Shown here one piece after another: positions 17,948 to 27,411 of a stretch of 64,000 nucleotides of DNA. The position numbers and the translations under genes are program-made. How positions within the stretch are numbered: position 1 is the first letter of the stretch; each line of letters starts with the position of its first letter. Location: assembly GCA_963752195.1 (NCBI GenBank), contig CAVVXI010000001.1, positions 49,735 through 113,734 on the forward strand, written 5' to 3'. The DNA comes from an uncultured Bacteroidales bacterium. GTDB taxonomy: Bacteria; Bacteroidota; Bacteroidia; Bacteroidales; UBA10428. The notes beneath the pieces are model-generated. The model was given only the letters and a program-made list of their open reading frames with translations. It ran no database searches and was not told where the DNA came from.

Positions 17948-18123
17948 CCTGCATGAGATTGGGCCGGAGGACAAACAAAAAAAACTTCCGCAGGAAGTTT
18001 GGGGATTTTCTTCGTAAAGCTTCCCCCAACGAGGAATCACGCAGTAATTCCTTACCTACCGCAGGAAGTTTGGGATTTTCTTCGTAAAGCTTCCCCCAAC
18101 GATAAATCACGCAAGCAATTCCC
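17948..18123. repeat. Dispersed repeat copies X2 (17948-18051) and partial X3 (18059-18123), in tandem
   Basis: See X1. gtttggggattttcttcgt (17997-18015) is the exact reverse complement of acgaagaaaatccccaaac (17881-17899). Confidence 0.8.
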
Positions 18124-18139
18124 GTCAAGGGATAGCTGT

Positions 18140-18418
18140 TTATATTTTCCCGTTATATAAATCGTCAATAGGGAATATTAAATCATAATCATTCCAATTC
18201 AAGTTACCTTCAACAATTATGAACTCATTAAACTTCTTTTCGTCTAAGTATTTACGAATCGATGGATGTAACGAAGATTCAAGAAAGGGCTTAAAATCTA
18301 ACAGGCGATTTGAACCATCATTAAAAAAAACCCTAATGGCAAAATCACCTATATATTTTGCTGATTTAATTTCATTTGATTCGTATTCAAAATCAGTATA
18401 TTCTTCGGTTATTCTCAA
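18140..18418 (-). CDS. DUF2442 domain protein
   Basis: 92 aa. The pattern FAIRVFFNDGSNRLLDFKPFL...GNLNWNDYDLIFPIDDLY matches the DUF2442 family layout. It lies 9 nt downstream of the kinase gene on the same strand. Confidence 0.55.
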   Translation of the reverse strand: MRITEEYTDFEYESNEIKSAKYIGDFAIRVFFNDGSNRLLDFKPFLESSLHPSIRKYLDEKKFNEFIIVEGNLNWNDYDLIFPIDDLYNGKI

Positions 18419-18427
18419 CTATGATAT

Positions 18428-19393
18428 TTATTTTATCTGTTTATATCTGGACTCAATTATCTCTTTATAGGCATTTTTCATATCTTTTGACAAAAAGGAT
18501 TTATCAATCCATTCTAATGAATGTGGCTTATTAATTGTCATACGTTTGAATGCATTATCAATTTGTTTATCAGTCAAACCGAGTGATTTACCTAGTCCTT
18601 CAAAATTCCCTTTATTTAATTTTTTCCTTTTTCCTTCCAAGGTTAAGGCTATTTCTTCCGTGTCTTTAGGTAAAATTATTGATACATTTAATAAATCATA
18701 TGCAGGTGCTAATACCCAATTCGTTGGATTCTTTATCATTGAAAAATTTTTGAGATGCATATCATTATTCCCAGTTAAAAAACAAAAAAGTGATAATTCA
18801 AAAAATAAAATTTTATCAAGTAAAGTGTTTTCAGAGTATGTATGTAATGCTTTTCCCACTTTTTCCATTGAACTTTTATACTTATCATATGCTTCAGTAA
18901 TCTGAAACATATCCAGCATATGAATTTTTTCTCCATTGTCATACCTGTCGATTCGTTTAGTAATAAATGATAATTCGCCTGAAGCCAGTCGAATCAAACT
19001 TGAAGGAACTACTTTTATATTAAATGCTTCGGCAATACGCATGGTCACATGCTCATTCTCAGGCATCTCCGGATAATTTTCCGTTGGAGGTTTAAGGATA
19101 AAATTTCCACCAAGAGCTCCCACAACGGTTAGGCGTGTATCTGTGCTTGCTCTGGTTTTTTTTATTAAAGACAATGATAATTTTGGCTGGACCCCGGGAA
19201 CTGCCACACTTCGCTCTACAACATCTTTGGCTAGTTCAGCCATTTGATTTAGTGCATATGGAATTTCAGGTGGTTTTGAAGTCCCAAAAAATGCTTGTGA
19301 GCATTTTACGTGAAAATCCTCGACTTCATTCAATGCTTCATAACAATATAGACATCTATTCTTTCCCATTTTCCTTTTGAATTGGTATAACAC
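18428..19393 (-). CDS. hipT: HipT-like short HipA-family Ser/Thr kinase toxin
   Basis: HipA kinase motifs are GVQPKLSL, NEHVTMRIAEAF, the catalytic loop GNNDMHLKNFS and LAPAYDLLN. It lacks HipA N-subdomain 1. It has an N-terminal C-x2-C...H-x2-C motif (CLYCYEALNEVEDFHVKC). The likely true start is MGKNR at 19369, a 14-nt overlap with the upstream gene. Confidence 0.8.
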   Translation of the reverse strand: MLYQFKRKMGKNRCLYCYEALNEVEDFHVKCSQAFFGTSKPPEIPYALNQMAELAKDVVERSVAVPGVQPKLSLSLIKKTRASTDTRLTVVGALGGNFILKPPTENYPEMPENEHVTMRIAEAFNIKVVPSSLIRLASGELSFITKRIDRYDNGEKIHMLDMFQITEAYDKYKSSMEKVGKALHTYSENTLLDKILFFELSLFCFLTGNNDMHLKNFSMIKNPTNWVLAPAYDLLNVSIILPKDTEEIALTLEGKRKKLNKGNFEGLGKSLGLTDKQIDNAFKRMTINKPHSLEWIDKSFLSKDMKNAYKEIIESRYKQIK

Positions 19394-19694
19394 TTACAGC
19401 ACCAATACAATTTTGACAACAAGCTAATAGTAAACCCATCCTGTCATTGGTATTAATTTTCCAGTTTTTGGAAGCTATGTTCAACAACCATCCTTCGGGG
19501 ATCAATCCATCAAAAAAAGGGAACAATCGTTTATCTATGAATGGTTCCTCCATAACAGGCATTGTAAATGTGATAAACTCATTTGAATGTTCTTTTATAT
19601 AATTTTCCTCATACTGAAAAATATAATCACCTTCATTGGTTTCAGTAAGAATCCCTGCCAGTTTGTCTTTATAATAAACCTGTCCACTTCTCAT
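19356..19694 (-). CDS. hipS: HipS-like protein (stand-alone HipA N-terminal subdomain 1)
   Basis: 112 aa. It aligns by eye to HipA residues 1-~105, including FPFFDGLIPEG and CIGAVSVIP (E. coli HipA has FFDNLLPDS and GRDSVGAVTLIP). It has a 4-nt overlap with the HTH gene. Confidence 0.7.
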   Translation of the reverse strand: MRSGQVYYKDKLAGILTETNEGDYIFQYEENYIKEHSNEFITFTMPVMEEPFIDKRLFPFFDGLIPEGWLLNIASKNWKINTNDRMGLLLACCQNCIGAVSVIPIQKENGKE

Positions 19695-19909
19695 TCTGAT
19701 ATTTCTTTGCTTTGTACTGGCGCTAATTCATGTCCAAACATTTTCAACACGAGGTTAACTTTGTCCATTCCAAGGTTAGTTTTGCCCTGTTCAATTTTTC
19801 TAATCACAGTTAAGGCAACTCCTGCCCTTTCTGCGAATTCTTCCTGGGTTAATTTAACTTCCCTTCTGCGTTCTTTTACAAATTTTGCTAAATTTTTCAT
19901 TATATGCAT
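19691..19909 (-). CDS. hipB: XRE-family helix-turn-helix protein (HipB-like)
   Basis: 72 aa. The HTH is LTQEEFAERAGVALTVIRKIEQGK. It is the first gene of the three-gene module. Confidence 0.8.
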   Translation of the reverse strand: MHIMKNLAKFVKERRREVKLTQEEFAERAGVALTVIRKIEQGKTNLGMDKVNLVLKMFGHELAPVQSKEISE

Positions 19910-19940
19910 TTAGATATAAATTTAAGCAAATGTAACTAAA

Positions 19941-20040
19941 TTATATGTTTTTGCATATAATCTTGATATATGAAGTTAAATTATATGTATTTGCATATAA
20001 ATTCTGTCAATAAGCATAAGTTATATGTTTTTAGATATAG
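19941..20040. promoter_or_regulatory. Three phased palindromic operator-like sites upstream of the HipB-like gene
   Basis: ttatatg-N6-catataa occurs at 19941-19960 and 19981-20000, both with perfect 7-nt arms. A degenerate third copy ttatatg-N6-gatatag is at 20021-20040. Spacing is exactly 40 bp centre to centre. Confidence 0.6.
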
Positions 20041-20316
20041 TAATAAGATAAAAAGATAACCATATAACCGGTTGATACTCACGTGAGGAAAATGACATAG
20101 CTCTGAAACTGACGAGGTTTCAATGATCCAACGATGTCTTATATTTCAATGCCGGAAAGGCAACTGCTTATGAAATGAGTCAAGGCTGTATCACTAATTA
20201 CCAATGCGATAACACTTACCCGGATTCGGATTGACATGTTGATATTCTGTGAACAAAAGATCGAAGGATGAATTTATAGAATTTAATTACATCTTTAACT
20301 TTGGAGAAAAACAGCA

Positions 20317-22584
20317 ATGACAGAGAGGAAAATTACATATACAAGGAAGCCGGACGAGATGACCATTGATGAATGGCAATTTGAACTTCGAAGACAGTTT
20401 GCCAGGGACCAGAAGTTCAGGATCACCAATATTGGAACGCACCCGGTTTTTTCAGATTTTAAAATTTTTAACCCTTCTTCAGGAAAGACATATAAGGTTT
20501 CAATCCGGGACAATGTAAAAAGTTATAACTACTGTTCCTGTCCCGATTTTATGATAAATGCCCTGGGAACTTGCAAGCATATTGAATATGTATTATTCTA
20601 TTTTTCAAAATTTAAAAAATACCGGAAATATTTTTCTAAACCTTTCAATCCGGAGTATTCTTCAATCAGTATTCATTATGGCAGGGAAAGGAAGGTGAAA
20701 TTAAAAAAGCATGACGGGGTTACCTTGTATGAAAATGAAGAACTATACTTTAATCCTGATGGTTACCTTAAATCCGGAATGCTGGAAAACCTTCATTCGT
20801 TTATTGATTTTGCAGCAAGCACTGATCCTGGAATCAGAATATATCCCGATGTCTTTGACCTGATGGAAAAAAATAAAAGGGACCTTTTACGAAGAAAGAT
20901 TGCCAAAGATATTTTTCATGATGGTACGAAAAGCAAAATTTTCGAAGGATTGATACGTGCCGGCCTTTACACTTACCAGAAAGAGGGTGTAAAAAGAATA
21001 ATAGAAACTGGCAGGATACTGCTGGCTGACGATATGGGCCTCGGAAAAACCATACAGGCAATTGCTGCTACGGAAATTTTCGTGCGGTATTTGAATGTTA
21101 AAAGTGTTCTGATCATCTGTCCGACTTCCCTGAAATTCCAATGGAAAAGAGAAATTGAAAAATTTACAGACAGGCAGGCCGTTGTTGTCGAGGGTTTGAT
21201 TCATACACGCAAAGATTTGTATGAGTCCCAATGCCTTTATAAAATCATCAGCTATGGAGTCTGCCGGAGTGACCTGGAATTAATTGCCAATTGTAAAGCG
21301 GACCTTATTATCATAGATGAGGCTCAACGCATTAAAAACTGGAAAACACAAACAGCACAATCGGTAAAGAAAATATTTTCGGAATATGCCATAGTTCTTA
21401 CCGGAACTCCATTGGAAAACCGGATTGACGATTTGCACTCCATTGTAGAATATATCGACCGTTATAAACTCGGTCCATTATTCCGGTTTCTTGATGAGCA
21501 CCAGATACTGGATGAAAAAGGCAAACTCAAAGGCTATAAAAATCTCAGGACTATTAATAAAACAATCGGCGATATACTCCTGAGGCGAACAAAAAAAGAG
21601 ATTGCCGATCAGCTTCAGGGAAGGGTCGACAAGAATTATTTTGTTGACATGACAAAGGAACAGATTGCAGATCATGAGAGCTATTACGATGTGGTCAGCA
21701 AATTGGTTCATAAGTGGATACGCCTTGGCTTTTTATCGGAAGAGGAAAGGCAGCAATTATTGACAAGCCTGAATTGCATGCGCATGGTCTGTGACTCGAC
21801 ATATATTCTAAACCGGAGAGCAGACCATAATAACAAGATAAGAGAATTGTCCGATTTACTTGGAGATTTACTTGAAGACAAAGAGAACAAAATTGTGATC
21901 TTTAGTCAGTGGAAAAGAATGTTTGAGCTGGTCATCCCTCTCCTGCATAAATTAAATATACCCTACGAATACCTGAATGGGGATTTACCTGCAAAAGACC
22001 GAAAGAGAATAATAGATAAATTTCAGGAAGACTTAGAATTAAAAATCTTTCTATCTACCGATGCAGGGGGGGTAGGTGTTAACCTTCAAAGCGCCAATGT
22101 CCTTATTAATCTCGATTTGCCGTGGAACCCTGCAGTGCTTGAGCAAAGGGTAGGGAGAATATTCAGGATAGGGCAAAAAAAACAAGTAAGCGTTTACAAT
22201 TTTATTTCTAAAAATTCAATAGAACACCGAATTCTTTATTTGCTGGATTTCAAAAAATCTGTTTTTACCGGTGTTATAGAAGAAGAAGGAAAAGATGAGG
22301 TTATGCTGGAAGGTTTCATGGAATCAGTGAGAGCATTAACTGAGATTTCTACTAACGGAACAACAAGTGATTTGAAATGGAATGCCAAAAACTCAGATGG
22401 CAGTGAGAATGAACTTTTAAAGTTAAAAACCGAGGCAACTCTAATAAATCTTCAATCAGAGGAAAACAGCCCAATAAATAATACAGATTTCAAACCACAG
22501 GTAAGCTTGCCGGAAATGAATCAAAGTCTTATTACCCGGTTTAAAAACAACATTCGGAAATTATTAAAAAAATTCTTCAAATAA
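20317..22584 (+). CDS. SNF2-family helicase/ATPase with N-terminal SWIM zinc finger
   Basis: SWIM motif CSCPDFMINALGTCKHIEYV. Helicase motif I is LADDMGLGKT and motif II is LIIIDEAQRIKN. The C-terminal helicase lobe has LSTDAGGVGVNLQ and QRVGRIFRIGQ. Confidence 0.85.
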   Translation: MTERKITYTRKPDEMTIDEWQFELRRQFARDQKFRITNIGTHPVFSDFKIFNPSSGKTYKVSIRDNVKSYNYCSCPDFMINALGTCKHIEYVLFYFSKFKKYRKYFSKPFNPEYSSISIHYGRERKVKLKKHDGVTLYENEELYFNPDGYLKSGMLENLHSFIDFAASTDPGIRIYPDVFDLMEKNKRDLLRRKIAKDIFHDGTKSKIFEGLIRAGLYTYQKEGVKRIIETGRILLADDMGLGKTIQAIAATEIFVRYLNVKSVLIICPTSLKFQWKREIEKFTDRQAVVVEGLIHTRKDLYESQCLYKIISYGVCRSDLELIANCKADLIIIDEAQRIKNWKTQTAQSVKKIFSEYAIVLTGTPLENRIDDLHSIVEYIDRYKLGPLFRFLDEHQILDEKGKLKGYKNLRTINKTIGDILLRRTKKEIADQLQGRVDKNYFVDMTKEQIADHESYYDVVSKLVHKWIRLGFLSEEERQQLLTSLNCMRMVCDSTYILNRRADHNNKIRELSDLLGDLLEDKENKIVIFSQWKRMFELVIPLLHKLNIPYEYLNGDLPAKDRKRIIDKFQEDLELKIFLSTDAGGVGVNLQSANVLINLDLPWNPAVLEQRVGRIFRIGQKKQVSVYNFISKNSIEHRILYLLDFKKSVFTGVIEEEGKDEVMLEGFMESVRALTEISTNGTTSDLKWNAKNSDGSENELLKLKTEATLINLQSEENSPINNTDFKPQVSLPEMNQSLITRFKNNIRKLLKKFFK

Positions 22585-22748
22585 TTAAAACCTGATTATG
22601 GCAAGAAACTAATTTACTTTATTTATAAAGGCTATTTTCATTACAGATAGTTTATTAAGTAATAGACCTAAGATTTTATTAATAATTATCTATTTTCACT
22701 GTAATATTCATATATTCAATTACTTTACACATATCCAGATATATCCTC

Positions 22749-23196
<448 letters not shown>

Positions 23197-23315
23197 GAAA
23201 AACAGGTACAACATATGAATAATAGGTGCAATTTTCAATTTTGCAGGAAAAACAGGTATTCCCTGAAATCAACTGTTTTATTAAATATGTGACTGTCTAA
23301 TCATGTCATATTTTT

Positions 23316-23640
23316 ATATGTTATCCTCTATACTTTTACTAATAGCAAGTCCAATCCCAATACCATCAAATTGTTCTTTGGGCATTAATCGTTGAATATT
23401 TCGAAAATCATATCAAAATACTGGGACTTAATATTAAATAATTGGGTAGGTCGGGTTTCATCAGCAAATACTTCCGGCAAATCATCAAATTTTATTTCTG
23501 CACTTCTTCTTTAATAAGGTATGCAAGATTGTCCAAAAAGTTTGATAAAACACGATTGGTATCAACCCTAACAAACTTTTCACGTCGTTGTGCAAGTTCT
23601 ATGATAAGTCACTGATATACACGTTAAAGTGAATATGGGC
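23316..23640 (-). pseudogene. Histidine-kinase ATPase-domain relic (frameshifted, internally deleted)
   Basis: The minus-strand translation gives an N-box-like LPEVFADETRPTQLFN. This is followed by DMIFEIFN, a frameshift, then PKEQFDGIGIGLAISKSIEDN (G2-box-like GxGLGLxIxK). Confidence 0.45.
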
Positions 23641-23683
23641 GTGGCAGAATCACGGAAAACAGGAAAATAGTGATAAAAAAGAT

Positions 23684-23720
23684 GACAAAAAAAGAGACCT
23701 TCTGCAAGGGAGGTCTCTTT
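23684..23720 (-). terminator. Rho-independent terminator of the GH5 gene
   Basis: A perfect 10-bp stem aaagagacct / aggtctcttt (23691-23700 / 23711-23720) has a 10-nt loop. On the minus strand it is followed by a T-run, and it lies 32 nt past the stop codon. Confidence 0.65.
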
Positions 23721-23751
23721 TTAATTAACTCTAGGATTTATTTAAAGGGTA

Positions 23752-25578
23752 CTATTGCACCGTCCCATCATCAATATAGCTTGTCCCGCTGCCGGCATCC
23801 TGCAGATCGAAGATGAGCTGAGAGTTGCTGCCGCTGTTAAAGCTTACAGTATATTTAACCCAGCTCGATGTCGGGGTTTGCGTGGCGGAGGCAACCGTGC
23901 CTGACCAGTCGGCTTTGTATACAGCCATATATACTTTGGCGGTACCTTTTATGTATACACTGAATGCATAGGCCGTGTTGGGGGAAACGCTTACCGCCTG
24001 GTATGAATTCTTCCAGGATGTGGTACCCACGAGCCTCAGGGAATAGGTACCGGAACGCTTGTCCACCGTTGACCGGGAGAACGGAGGGTTTTCGATCGTC
24101 CAGTTAGAGGTGGTCTCAAACCCGGGGTTCAGGAGTTTATTGGTCATCGTATTGGTCGCTGCGCTCCACCAGTTGATATTCCAGCCTGTGCCGGATGCCT
24201 GTAACCGGAGGGTCTGGCTTCCGGCTGTGAGGTTAACGGTTGTGGTTACGGTTGTCCAGGTCTGCCATCCGCCGGTGTTCGGGATGGTGACGGTTGCTAA
24301 AACGGTGCTGCCGTACTTGACCTGGCAGGCTCCCGTGGTCCCTGTACTGGCCACCCTCAGGCTGATGGTGTAGTTTCCGGTGGATGATGGATTCACCAGG
24401 TAATCCATCCAGTCGCCGCTTTCAATATAACCCACGTTCAGGCCGCCTTCCGAGCAGGTTTCCGTCTGGATGCCGCTCATGGCGGAATAGCTTTCTGCCT
24501 GTACCGTACCGGGCAGGGTTACGGCCGGGGGTGGCGTTGTGCTGGCAAAACTGCGCAGCTTGGTGCGGATATAATTGCCCGATTCATTCAACTGGGCCGA
24601 TGTCCATCCACCGTTTGCCGGGGCACCCGGGAGCAGGATGGAACACGATTCCCCGGCCTTGTCCGAGACGGACCAGTTGCACCAGCTGATGCTGTTGCTT
24701 TCCATAAAGGAAAACCAGGCTTCCCATTCGGTATAGTTGATCGTGCCGCTGCCGGAAGCGTCCATCCCGCTGCACTCGGTAACAAAAACGGGGATATTCT
24801 TACCCATGGCATAGGCACAGTCGTCCCTCAGCCACTGGCCGTGCGATGCGGCATAAAAGTGAACGGTATACATAATGTTGGTGTACCCGGTGAGGGGAGC
24901 GTCGGCTACCTGCCGGATCACCTGGTCCCATTGCGGGCAACCCACCACGATGATATTGTCCGGGTCATACTGCCGGATGGCGGCAATAACAGCCGCGGCA
25001 TAGGTCTTCACCTGGGCCCAGGTCTGGGTGGTGGGCTCATTGAGTATTTCATAGATCACATTCGGATTGCTCCCGTATGTCTGGGCCATTTCCCTGAAAA
25101 ATGTAACGGCTTCCGCCTGGTGGGTCGCTTCGCAATGCCAGTCGATAATTACATAAATGCCGCTGGCAATGGCCGCATTGACAACTGTTTTTACCAGGTT
25201 TTTCTGATTGGTCATATCCCCCGTCAGATAGCCCGGTGAAGCATCCACGCCCATAGCTGCCCGTACAATATCCACCTTAAAGTCGCTGGTCAGCCAGCTT
25301 ACCACGTTCGCATTCCAGTACTGGGGCCACCAGCTGCTCCAGCCGAAGCTCTGACCCCGCAGGTTCATGGTTGCGTTATTCTTGTCCTTCATATACCTAC
25401 CTGAAACATATACCTGGCCATGGGTGGCCACAGGAGAACCCGCAGGAGCTGCCTTTAACAGCAGGTAACTCCCGTCATCGCGACCGGCTACAGGATCGGT
25501 AACCATGTCTTTTTCACAGCCCATCATCAATGCAATCAACAGCATCGGGATGGCTGACAAAGCGTTTTTTAGTTTCAT
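23752..25578 (-). CDS. GH5 endoglucanase (cellulase) lipoprotein with CBM6-like and CBM4/9-like modules
   Basis: Lipobox LIALMMGC. The GH5 acid/base motif is VIYEILNEP and the nucleophile region is PVFVTECSG. The CBM6-like segment is VQAESYSAMSGIQTE...GYIESGDWMDY. The C-terminal module starts LLNPGFETTSNW. A spot GC count is ~55%. Confidence 0.85.
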   Translation of the reverse strand: MKLKNALSAIPMLLIALMMGCEKDMVTDPVAGRDDGSYLLLKAAPAGSPVATHGQVYVSGRYMKDKNNATMNLRGQSFGWSSWWPQYWNANVVSWLTSDFKVDIVRAAMGVDASPGYLTGDMTNQKNLVKTVVNAAIASGIYVIIDWHCEATHQAEAVTFFREMAQTYGSNPNVIYEILNEPTTQTWAQVKTYAAAVIAAIRQYDPDNIIVVGCPQWDQVIRQVADAPLTGYTNIMYTVHFYAASHGQWLRDDCAYAMGKNIPVFVTECSGMDASGSGTINYTEWEAWFSFMESNSISWCNWSVSDKAGESCSILLPGAPANGGWTSAQLNESGNYIRTKLRSFASTTPPPAVTLPGTVQAESYSAMSGIQTETCSEGGLNVGYIESGDWMDYLVNPSSTGNYTISLRVASTGTTGACQVKYGSTVLATVTIPNTGGWQTWTTVTTTVNLTAGSQTLRLQASGTGWNINWWSAATNTMTNKLLNPGFETTSNWTIENPPFSRSTVDKRSGTYSLRLVGTTSWKNSYQAVSVSPNTAYAFSVYIKGTAKVYMAVYKADWSGTVASATQTPTSSWVKYTVSFNSGSNSQLIFDLQDAGSGTSYIDDGTVQ

Positions 25579-25762
25579 CCGGTTAATTTTTAGATTGGTT
25601 AATGTGTAACCAAGCTACTGATTATTCTCCGGATTTTCTATGACATATGCCTGCATTGAAATGGGGTTTACTCATCAGCTTATCCAGGATGCAAAAGATT
25701 CTTCACCAGGTCAAAAATTCCACATTGTCCTGCTGCTGGTTGTGACAACATAAATCAGCAGA

Positions 25763-25972
25763 TCACCTTGTATTAATGAAAAAGGGTATTTGGTTAATCT
25801 TATAGTAAAAAGTGATTTCATCATTTGTCTCTATAACAGAAACAATGTCTGAATTTAAAAATGTGTCCTTGGGAAGATTGTGAGATTGGAATGTAGTCCA
25901 ATTCCAAATAAAGAAAATAAGCACCAGGCTAAACCAAACTATCCTAAAGATTTCCCAAAACTTCTTTTTCAT
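25763..25972 (-). CDS. Small membrane protein (hypothetical)
   Basis: 69 aa with one TM, IVWFSLVLIFFIWNW. A second unlisted ~36-aa TM ORF (MLGEFLSNKKNKKTLWIILVLCVFLIVAGLIF) lies just upstream at about 25985-26095. Confidence 0.3.
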   Translation of the reverse strand: MKKKFWEIFRIVWFSLVLIFFIWNWTTFQSHNLPKDTFLNSDIVSVIETNDEITFYYKINQIPFFINTR

Positions 25973-26247
25973 TATATTTTATTTATTTGAGAAAAAATTA
26001 GCCCTGCAACAATTAAAAAAACACAAAGCACCAAAATAATCCAAAGCGTTTTTTTGTTTTTTTTGTTTGATAAAAATTCTCCTAACATATCCTCTTCCTT
26101 TAATGGTTTGTTTAATTCTTTCAAATTCAATATCCTTATTCAAATTTTTTGGCCATTGAGGCTTTTATACAAGTTTAAGTAATCCCGATATCTAAAACAA
26201 CTTATCTCAAATATTCCAACACTTTTGATATGTCCAGAAGAATTTTC

Positions 26248-26382
26248 CGGTTAGATAATTCACATGCTCTCGCTACACTGATAATCAAATAATTAGCCAG
26301 TCAAATTGACTGGCTTTTTCATTTTAAATTCGCTGGAGTCCGATGCTGGAGTCCTTTTTGATTTTTCTTGACGATTGGAAAT
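26248..26382. repeat. tRNA-like 29-nt motif (copy c, 26248-26276) fused to the right copy of the 114-bp direct repeat (26268-26382)
   Basis: cggttagataattcacatgctctcgctac contains, in order, the tRNA blocks GGTTAGA, ATTCA, CATG and TCTCGCTAC(A). The downstream sequence matches 10136-10249 and includes a perfect hairpin agccagtca-aat-tgactggct plus a T-run. Confidence 0.85.
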
Positions 26383-27411
26383 TTCTAATTACAAGCAACC
26401 ATTAACATCTATTTCATAAGCATATATAGTCAGTGCTGAATGAGTTCAATACTTGGCAATTACATATTTCCCTCGATTTTAGATAATTCTATTTAATAAC
26501 AGATCAGGTTTGATTATTTAGAAATATGACGTAGAAAAGTCGGACATTTACACAATAATACCCTCCTAACTTTGTCCCTTCCAAATCCACTTTGGTTTCC
26601 CAGGAACTCAATAATAAATAAACCATTTAAACATGATGTGGACAGCAATCGACCTTCTTGGAAAAATAATGGAATTCATCTGTATGACTTCAGAGGATAA
26701 CCTGGGATGAACAGACTATTAGCAGATGATTCAAAAATCGTAGATATAAGAAACGATCAGTTTACTTGTGCTTCTAGCGATGATCAAGGCCTTATTATCA
26801 GCTTTTAGGCAATTATTGAACAATCGATTTTCAAAGGTTGAAAGATGCAACGTTACACACCTGATAGGAGAAAGAAGTGATCAATCCTTAATTCCTGCAA
26901 GCGGTCCCAGATTTAAGTCGGGATGAAAAATAAGCGCCTGTCCTATACCCTTTTTCTTTTCTCCTTGCAACACTATAAACCCGTAATTCCAATATTGAAA
27001 AACTAATGTGCCTTCTTCATAAAAATACAACACATTGAACATGAGGATTTAAAATATTTTAAATATGGCGTAAACCCCAAATGATGCTGAAGTAACAAAA
27101 AGGTTGTGGTTGAGAGCGATTTTGCAGATTAAGGGTGCAAAGTTTATTCGAGGGCCAGATTGTGATCATAGCGGAGTTCATACTCAATTAAGTCAGAATT
27201 TCAATGGTGCAAATTGAGAAACTGATAAAACCCATTGATCATATAAGTAGCTCAAATAATTGACCCTAAACAGAGAGAATTTGACCGAAAAAGAGCTTCG
27301 AAAGTAAAATTGGTTTTTACCCAAAATTGTATTGTGAATTTTTCCATAAAACTGACTATGGATGAAAGATATCGAAAGCGGATTTTATGAGGTCCAGCAC
27401 GAAATATTTCA

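Noticed and set aside
17940-18128. Listed 62-aa minus-strand ORF
   Set aside because: It lies entirely within repeat copies X2 and X3, and its sequence is just the translated repeat.
18428-19694. A single full-length hipA gene broken by a frameshift
   Set aside because: The kinase ORF has its own ATG, overlapping the upstream stop by 14 nt, and an N-terminal Cys/His motif typical of a genuine N-terminus. The 112 + ~313 aa sizes match the HipS/HipT split. This is kept as a caveat in the finding because only comparison with orthologues can settle it.
24059-25239. Plus-strand ORFs antisense to the GH5 cellulase (24059-24373, 24384-24689, 24841-25239) and short same-strand out-of-frame ORFs
   Set aside because: Long stop-free antisense frames are expected in GC-rich coding DNA. 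The products are Arg/Pro/Gly-rich with no motifs, and the GH5 frame explains the region.
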